Shown here: positions 57,549 to 64,000 of the stretch, piece by piece | How positions within the stretch are numbered: the stretch's first letter is position 1 | How the letters are laid out: each line of letters starts with the position of its first letter | Assembly (NCBI GenBank): GCA_023334545.1 | Contig: JAADVB010000029.1 | Location: 46,818 to 110,817 of the forward strand | Length of the DNA: 64,000 nt | From: Salisapilia sapeloensis CBS 127946 | Taxonomy: Eukaryota; Protista; Oomycota | Reading direction: 5' to 3' | Program-made: the position numbers and the translations under genes | The notes under the pieces: model-generated | What the model was told of the DNA's origin: nothing | The model's database searches: none | What the model saw: only the letters and a program-made list of their open reading frames with translations

Positions 57549-60500
57549 ATGCAGCGTGCGGAGGACCTTCGGGCGTGGGTCTGTGAAGTCACGGAGCAGA
57601 GCGACAGCGGGGATCACCTGTCGCTCATGCTCCAGGACGGACAGCTCCTGTGTCTCCTCGCCAATGCGCTCGACCCGGAGGCGAATTTACGCATGAATAA
57701 GCTTAGTACAGCCTTCCACTCGAAAGCAAACATCCAATCGTTCGTGGACTGGTGTCGTCGCATCGGCGTGCGAGACGCACAACTCTTTCGTGTCGACGAT
57801 CTTTTCACAGGCGACGACTTTGAGGCCGTTCTACAGACGCTATCGCTCCTATTCGAAAAGTTCGGTGGACTAGGCTTTAGTGACGACGACGAGGATAGGA
57901 GTAGTATGGAAGAAGGACCGTTGTCGGACCGGACGTCTGCGACGAGTTCGCCAGCACAACAACTTCCCGACAGTCCTGTCATGTCTCCAGTACATAGTAA
58001 CACGAGCGAACTGAATGACGCGGACGAACCGGCGAAGAAGAAGGGTAAGAACACATTCACAAAACTCGTGACGGGCGGATTCTTTGGTAGAAAGAAGAAG
58101 GGGAAGAAGACTGACGACGAGGAGACGCCCGACTCGCCCAAAGGCACGCCACCCATGTCTCCCTCTAGTCCTGCTTCTCCACCGCCATCTTCAGAAGCTG
58201 CTCCGATTAACAACAAGTTAAACAACTTCCTCAACCAAGTGCCGCCACCCAAGGAAGAGCCTTTGGAACACATACAGCGACCTTCCGGACCACCAAAGCG
58301 AGCGAGTCTCAAGCGGCGACCTACTTCGATTAAAAACCCAGCACCACCATCCACTCCCCCTAAGTCGAGTACGAGGAAGAGTGTTGCGTCGACGCCACCA
58401 CCCCCTGCATCCCCGAAAGAACCAGTGAAAGAAGAAAAAGACCAACAAGTGGCTTCTGGTGCATCGGACGCTCGTAACAAATTCGCTGCGTTCATGCGAT
58501 CAAACCCTCCGACAGTGAAGAACAGTAACGTGGAAGCATCAAAACCTACGCCAGCAGCCAGTCTAGCAGCGTTTAAGCAAAAGATACCAACGGCGTCGTC
58601 TCCAAAGATCCCTCCACCAACGTCGCCGACGCCGGAACAGGACGAAACTCCGTCAAAAGAACCAGTGGTGGAGCGCAAGCGTCAGACGAGCGACGAGTTC
58701 GCTGCGAGAAGAGCAGCTTTCTCACCTAAATCGGCCAGTAAGACACCTCCGAAAGGTTTCAACTCTAACTCAGTTGCGCCAGCTCCAAAGCCTGCTCCGG
58801 TGTCAATTCCAAAGTCTACTCCTGCTCCTGCTCCTGCTCCCGCTCCTGCTCCTACATCAGCTCCCAAGTCTGCGCCTGGAAACAAGCTCCAGAGCTTCTT
58901 ACAGGCCACGCCACCTGCTTCGACGTCGTCTACATCGTCCAAACCGCGTACAGAGTCCAAGCTCGCTGCCTTCTTGGCTAGCACGAACGGTGCGCCTACT
59001 CCAGCTGCCACGCAGTCGAATGCGTTTGACTCGACCAGATCTTTATCGTCGTCTAAATCGACCGTGAACTCATCTCCATCCTCTTCGTTCTTGAAAGACA
59101 AGCCACCACAGTCTGCACCTAGTGGTATTCCATCGATCCCAGTCGCATCTTCGATTGCCGAAAGTTCTCCATCCATGAGTCCCAAGTCGTCTCGATTCCC
59201 ATTCACACCTCGTCAACCGATTGCTCGGTCGACAGGCAAATGTGACTATGTCCGACGACGACGAACATACTTTGATGGTCGAGAACGTCGACGAGCGCAC
59301 TTTAGTCTGGAAGAAAAGCGATCTGCGTTCATGGATGAACAGTTGGCGATTAAACAAGAGCAGATGAAACAACAGGATGGCGGGGGTGATTCGAAACAGA
59401 ACCTTATCGTCCAAGGTGTCCAATGCTACGTCCCGGATGAAAAGCATGTCTGGTTACTTGCTGAAGTCGTGGACTATAACGAACGCTCGAATAAAGTCAC
59501 AGTCGATGCGACGCTTGACTCTGGTGATGTCGAGCAACGTGTCATCGATCTAAATGATCCCAAGATGATTCGTGCATTAGCTGGTCCGACGGCCAAGAAA
59601 GTCGAGTCTCTACCTGTCGCGATCTTCCAGGAGAATCCGGATGGAGTCGATGACATGCAGCTACTCCGATACTTGAATGAACCCTCCATCTTGTTCAATC
59701 TAAAACAACGATTCGATGGATCACACCCGTACACGTACACGAACGAGATTGTGATTGCCGTGAACCCGTACAAGTGGATTCCAGACTTGTACGGAGATCA
59801 CTTGCATGACCAATACCTCCATAAGGCTCGAGACACCGTCGCTCCTCACGTCTACGCGACGTCTGCAGCTGCGTACAAGCACATGACGAACAACAGTGTG
59901 AATCAGTCGATCCTCGTGAGTGGTGAGTCTGGAGCAGGGAAGACCGAGACAACAAAGATCGTAATGAACCACTTGGCGTCAGTAGCAGGAGGACGCATGG
60001 ACAAGACGATCGCAAGAGTCATTGACGTAAACCCTCTTCTCGAATCCTTTGGTAACGCCAAGACGACTCGGAATGATAACAGTAGTCGCTTCGGCAAGTT
60101 CACACAGCTCCAGTTCTCCGAGAGCGGCAAGCTCATTGGTGCCAAGTGCGAGACGTATTTGCTAGAAAAGTCTCGTGTCGTTACGATCGCTGAAGGAGAG
60201 CGCAACTATCACATCTTCTACCAACTACTAGCAGGTCTAACGCCAAAGGAACAGCAGACGTGCCATCTAGAATCGAGCTTTGCCTACAAGTACACTGGAG
60301 CATTAAAGGACATGTCGATCCCTGGTTTAGACGACAAGGAGTGGCTGGACGGAACACGCAAGTCTCTATCTCTCGTCGGTCTTGATGAAGATGCGCAAAA
60401 GGTTCTCTTTGGTGTCCTTGCAGGTATCCTCTTGCTCGGAGAAGTGGACTTTGAAGCGAGTGGAGAGGAAGGCTCGAAGATCTCGACGCAAGATACGTTG

Positions 60501-62288
60501 GCACACATTGCCGATGACTTCGGTCTGCCGACGGAACGTATTGAACAGGCGCTATGCAACCGGACGGTCGTGACGCGGAACGATGCCGTGACTGTCCCGT
60601 TAGCTCCTGTGGAAGCGATGGAGAATCGAGATGCATTGGCCAAGACGGTGTACTCGAAGATGTTTGACTGGATGGTCCGTATGATCAACGATGCCATTAG
60701 TTCCGATGAGACGCAGATCAACGGTCAGATCGGTATCTTGGATATCTTTGGCTTTGAACACTTTAAGCATAATTCGTTCGAACAATTCTGCATCAATTAT
60801 GCGAACGAAAAGCTGCAGCAAAAGTTCACGATCGATGTGTTCAAATCCGTCGAAGATGAGTACATTCGGGAAGGTCTGTCGTATGAACACATTCAGTATC
60901 AGGATAATAAGGGGATTGTCGATGTCATTGAAGGCAAACTCGGTATCATTGCGCTCATGAACGATCATTTGCGTCAACCACGTGGGACGGAAGAAGCACT
61001 TGTGAATAAGATTCGTACGAATCATGAAAAGGTTCAAGGGAAACCGAATGAACACATTGGTTTCCCACGCGTCAAACGAACGCAATTCCTCATTAATCAC
61101 TACGCAGGGACTGTCACGTACGAGACGGTTGGGTTTATGGAAAAGCATCGCGACACATTACAGAACGACTTGTTAGAACTGATTACATCAAGTAACATTC
61201 CGATGCTCACGAGTCTCTTTGATGATCCGACAGCGACGACTGGTAGTGGTAGAGGTCCAAAGAGTCTCGGGTCGCAGTTCAAAGTCTCGCTGTCGTCTCT
61301 CATGGACAATATCAAGTCGACGAAAAGCCATTACGTCCGTTGCATTAAACCGAACTCGACCAAGAGTCCGACGGAGTTTGATAAGAGCATGGTCGTGGAA
61401 CAACTACGATCTGCTGGTGTCATCGAAGCCATTCGAATCACACGATCTGGATACCCGAGTCGACTCACACCGGATGAACTTGCGAAACGATATTGTATCA
61501 TGTTCCCTCCATCCATGCACAGCCCGGACGTCCGACGCACGTGCAATGTCTTTATGGAATCCATCGGTCGGAAGTCGCCGGTGGAGTATCAAATGGGCAA
61601 GACACTCGTCTACTTCCGAAATGGCGTTATGGAAGAATTGGAGGCGATGAAGTCCGACTTTATGTACTATGAAGCGACTTGCATCCAACGCGTTGTCCTT
61701 GGCTTTATCGAACGACGGCGACTGGCGAAAAAGATCCGTGCGGCGATTGTTTTGCAGTCGTACTCGCGCATGGCGTTGGAGAAACACGAGTTCTTGTTCC
61801 ACCGCGATGCGATCATCTCGATCCAGCGTGCTTATAGGAGATACAAAAGCGTCTACGTACCTGTGGAAGAGGAGGTACCAATCGAAGACGAGCTCAAGAT
61901 CGACAAGGATGAAGAGGAGATTGATGAGACCGACGACGATGATGCCGCCAGTGACCTGAGCAGTGTGCCTCGTACACGTCCGAAGATGGAGCGCTCGTCA
62001 GCGTTTAATTCCAAGTCGTTGCAGAGTGCAAGTAGCCAAGAAGAGCACTCGAGACATGATCGTCGCAGTAGTGTGCGTCGACTAAGTACTTTGTCGACAC
62101 AGGCGAAGACGTTGTTGAAGAAGAAACGATCTAATAGCATAAATGGCGAAGGGACGTGGTTGGAGGAAGAGAATACGAAGCTCAAGGTGGAGAATCGGAA
62201 CCTCAAGTACGATCTCGAGCTCATGCGCGAGCAATGCATTGAGCTCCAGGCGATTATTCTTGAGATCAATAAGAGCCGAAAGAGATAA
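57549..62288 (+). CDS. Myosin with N-terminal calponin-homology domain, Pro/Ser-rich linker, motor, IQ motifs and short tail
   Basis: CH domain: LRAWVCEV...LQDGQLLCLLANAL...NIQSFVDWCRRIG...LF...DLF...VLQTL. Motor: GESGAGKTET, LESFGNAKTTRNDNSSRFGKF, ILDIFGFEHFKHNSFEQFCINYANEKLQ, HYVRCIKPN. IQ-like CIQRVVLGFIERR, VLQSYSRM, SIQRAYRRY. One uninterrupted ORF. Confidence 0.92.
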   Translation: MQRAEDLRAWVCEVTEQSDSGDHLSLMLQDGQLLCLLANALDPEANLRMNKLSTAFHSKANIQSFVDWCRRIGVRDAQLFRVDDLFTGDDFEAVLQTLSLLFEKFGGLGFSDDDEDRSSMEEGPLSDRTSATSSPAQQLPDSPVMSPVHSNTSELNDADEPAKKKGKNTFTKLVTGGFFGRKKKGKKTDDEETPDSPKGTPPMSPSSPASPPPSSEAAPINNKLNNFLNQVPPPKEEPLEHIQRPSGPPKRASLKRRPTSIKNPAPPSTPPKSSTRKSVASTPPPPASPKEPVKEEKDQQVASGASDARNKFAAFMRSNPPTVKNSNVEASKPTPAASLAAFKQKIPTASSPKIPPPTSPTPEQDETPSKEPVVERKRQTSDEFAARRAAFSPKSASKTPPKGFNSNSVAPAPKPAPVSIPKSTPAPAPAPAPAPTSAPKSAPGNKLQSFLQATPPASTSSTSSKPRTESKLAAFLASTNGAPTPAATQSNAFDSTRSLSSSKSTVNSSPSSSFLKDKPPQSAPSGIPSIPVASSIAESSPSMSPKSSRFPFTPRQPIARSTGKCDYVRRRRTYFDGRERRRAHFSLEEKRSAFMDEQLAIKQEQMKQQDGGGDSKQNLIVQGVQCYVPDEKHVWLLAEVVDYNERSNKVTVDATLDSGDVEQRVIDLNDPKMIRALAGPTAKKVESLPVAIFQENPDGVDDMQLLRYLNEPSILFNLKQRFDGSHPYTYTNEIVIAVNPYKWIPDLYGDHLHDQYLHKARDTVAPHVYATSAAAYKHMTNNSVNQSILVSGESGAGKTETTKIVMNHLASVAGGRMDKTIARVIDVNPLLESFGNAKTTRNDNSSRFGKFTQLQFSESGKLIGAKCETYLLEKSRVVTIAEGERNYHIFYQLLAGLTPKEQQTCHLESSFAYKYTGALKDMSIPGLDDKEWLDGTRKSLSLVGLDEDAQKVLFGVLAGILLLGEVDFEASGEEGSKISTQDTLAHIADDFGLPTERIEQALCNRTVVTRNDAVTVPLAPVEAMENRDALAKTVYSKMFDWMVRMINDAISSDETQINGQIGILDIFGFEHFKHNSFEQFCINYANEKLQQKFTIDVFKSVEDEYIREGLSYEHIQYQDNKGIVDVIEGKLGIIALMNDHLRQPRGTEEALVNKIRTNHEKVQGKPNEHIGFPRVKRTQFLINHYAGTVTYETVGFMEKHRDTLQNDLLELITSSNIPMLTSLFDDPTATTGSGRGPKSLGSQFKVSLSSLMDNIKSTKSHYVRCIKPNSTKSPTEFDKSMVVEQLRSAGVIEAIRITRSGYPSRLTPDELAKRYCIMFPPSMHSPDVRRTCNVFMESIGRKSPVEYQMGKTLVYFRNGVMEELEAMKSDFMYYEATCIQRVVLGFIERRRLAKKIRAAIVLQSYSRMALEKHEFLFHRDAIISIQRAYRRYKSVYVPVEEEVPIEDELKIDKDEEEIDETDDDDAASDLSSVPRTRPKMERSSAFNSKSLQSASSQEEHSRHDRRSSVRRLSTLSTQAKTLLKKKRSNSINGEGTWLEEENTKLKVENRNLKYDLELMREQCIELQAIILEINKSRKR
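58821..58853 (+). repeat. In-frame hexamer microsatellite (CCTGCT)n encoding PAPAPAPAPAP
   Basis: cctgct cctgct cctgct cccgct cctgct cct, read directly within the myosin linker. Confidence 0.85.
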
Positions 62289-62379
62289 AGTTGTCGAATT
62301 TTGTAACAAGTGAGGATGAACAAAGAGAAAGCATTTAGTAGCGTATACGTCTCTCTTGTCCCTTGCGTCCTAGTACAAG

Positions 62380-63662
62380 ATGGTAGAGGAGCGAGGCACC
62401 TGCGCGAGCTTCCCAATAGATCGGTACAAGATCGGTACAGTGCATCCCTACCAGCATTTCGCCAAGTGCATTCGGGAGAGGAAGGTCGAAGCGGCTACTG
62501 TACGCTCCACTGGTCTTACAATGTCTTTGCTCATGCCGGACATCAATCTTCGTCGAAATCCTCGACATCTTACGGTACATCATGCACTTCTACTTTGTAT
62601 CGAATACCATTTATATCCTGCATATCAGGCTTATTGGCACCAGCTCGATGGAAAGCCAATGCGAACACGGCGTTCTCATACCAAGCGCAGTCACAAATCC
62701 TCTCGACGGGATCGAAAGAAACAAGAGGAAGAGCAGCATGAAACGCACTCGAATGGTAGTTCACAAGAAACCATCACGGAGAACCCAATCTCTCCACCTG
62801 CGTCGCCTAATCCAGAACGGGAAGAAGCACCAGACACGCTGGCTTCCGTCTTGAATGAAGTGCTGTATAATCAAGGTAGTCGGACGGAACTCGACTTTAC
62901 CCACTTGGCACGTACACAAAAGAAATTGAAAGCAGAAGGAGGCTCGCTCTTAGCTCGCGTACTGACATCGAACCATACGATCTATCGTGTCATCTTGTCA
63001 CATCATGACATTGGAGCAGACGGTGCGCGAGCCTTCTCACGCATGCTCTGTGTGAACACTACGCTCGAGTACGTCGATCTGAGCTGGAACCAATTGACGG
63101 ATGAAGGAGCTGAAAGCATCGCACAGGCTCTCTACGGAGATGATACGGTGTCCACTTTGATACTGCGAGGCAACAAGATTACTGACAACGGTGCGCTTAA
63201 GCTAGCGGAAGCACTTAAATGCAACTTGACAGTGCGTCATCTCGACCTCTCGCAGAACGACATGACTGCTTTTGGTGCCGATGCCTTGCGCTCTGTCGCG
63301 CGCATGAACGAAGTGCTCGAGACGATCGATCTAACCCAGAACTATGTCCCTCATCCCGTGCAGGACGAGATTAACGCCATTCTTTGCCATCCAAGGTACG
63401 GTCAAGTACTCTATATGACCCAGCTGTCTTCCTTCTTACCTTTGTTGCTCTCTATAGACCGATGGGACAGCACTCGACAAGCGAGAACCAGCACGACATA
63501 CCGCATGCAACTGTTGCTAGTCAGTCCACTGCTTTCGATTCGTGCTCCAGTGGTTTCCTCAGCATCTCCAATATGACACGTGCCGATGACGAAGTAAGTG
63601 GTGCTGTAAGCGCCTCAGATGCAATTCCTGAAAGCGAGACGGATGATGAAGGCTGGGTCTAG
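62380..63662 (+). CDS. Leucine-rich repeat protein (RNI-like/NLRC3-type repeats), 2 exons
   Basis: LSHHDIGADGARAFSRML..NTTLEYVDLSWNQLTDEGAESIAQAL..TLILRGNKITDNGALKLAEALK.NLTVRHLDLSQNDM. An intron at about 63396-63457 leads to PMGQHSTSE...DDEGWV-TAG. Start codon uncertain. Confidence 0.8.
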
Positions 63663-63877
63663 CTTGACGATGGAACTATTGGCATTTCCATGTTTTGACA
63701 TTGTATATGATTGCATTTACCACCAGCTTTCGTTCTTAGCGGTGATGAATTGAAATTACATGAATAAAGATTTTGCATGAATGAATCGAGTTCCTCTGTC
63801 TGTGAATAGTAACCATCTAAAGCTATGATACCTTTGTATGGAATCAAGATGAATCACTCGTAAAGACCAATCGCTTC

Positions 63878-64000
63878 CTACTTTCCAGTCGCGATTAAGT
63901 CCCAGGCAGCTTGGATGTACTCGTGGATATGGTCGACTTCACCCCACACGTCGCCTTCACTTCCCGAAATGCAAGACATCTTGCTCCAGTCCATACACCC
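63878..64000 (-). CDS. 3' end of an unidentified gene entering from beyond the window
   Basis: The minus frame is open from the window edge: GCMDWSKMSCISGSEGDVWGEVDHIHEYIQAAWDLIATGK-TAG. Confidence 0.35.
   Translation of the reverse strand, partial: GCMDWSKMSCISGSEGDVWGEVDHIHEYIQAAWDLIATGK

Noticed and set aside
57614-59206. Long minus-strand ORFs (354 aa and 174 aa) opposite the myosin linker
   Set aside because: Antisense mirrors of Pro/Ser low-complexity sequence (poly-G/A/F composition); no independent gene signals.
1-64000. Prokaryotic-style system (operon, defence island, CRISPR) suggested by EF-P and L7/L12
   Set aside because: Both genes have spliceosomal introns and targeting presequences and sit among clearly eukaryotic genes; no repeat-spacer array, integrase or rRNA/tRNA was seen.

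Overview
This is eukaryotic nuclear DNA, most consistent with a flagellated oomycete or related stramenopile; that assignment is an inference from IFT140, a CFAP20 domain, a START+FYVE protein, an oomycete-style myosin and short GT-AG introns of about 50-80 nt. It is very gene-dense: about 30 protein-coding genes, with intergenic gaps often only 40-180 bp and many head-to-head pairs. Recognisable genes are IFT140, an RCC1-repeat protein, a UBR1/PRT6-type N-recognin, an NHE exchanger, SURF1, a Bin3/BCDIN3-type RNA methyltransferase, an SLC52-like transporter, BRAP2, a CTL/PNS1 transporter, SMC3, PCIF1/CAPAM, RPL3, ribophorin I, mitochondrial L7/L12, USP39, a spastin-like AAA ATPase, EF-P, an SSXT-like protein, a CFAP20-domain protein, ATP23, PDH E1-alpha, a START-FYVE protein, an F-box/DUSP-like protein, a FAAP100-like protein, a CH-domain myosin and an LRR protein. 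I saw no rRNA, tRNA or CRISPR array and no intact mobile element. The most notable observations are: (1) a dsRBD inserted inside the catalytic fold of the Bin3-type RNA 5'-phosphate methyltransferase; (2) a nuclear-encoded, presequence-bearing, alphaproteobacterial-type EF-P; (3) a cap m6Am methyltransferase with no visible WW domain; (4) a FAAP100-like Fanconi core subunit starting about 55 bp head-to-head from an F-box+DUSP-like gene; (5) a CH domain-Pro-rich-myosin fusion. All family calls are from recalled motifs without database searches, and exon boundaries were read by eye.
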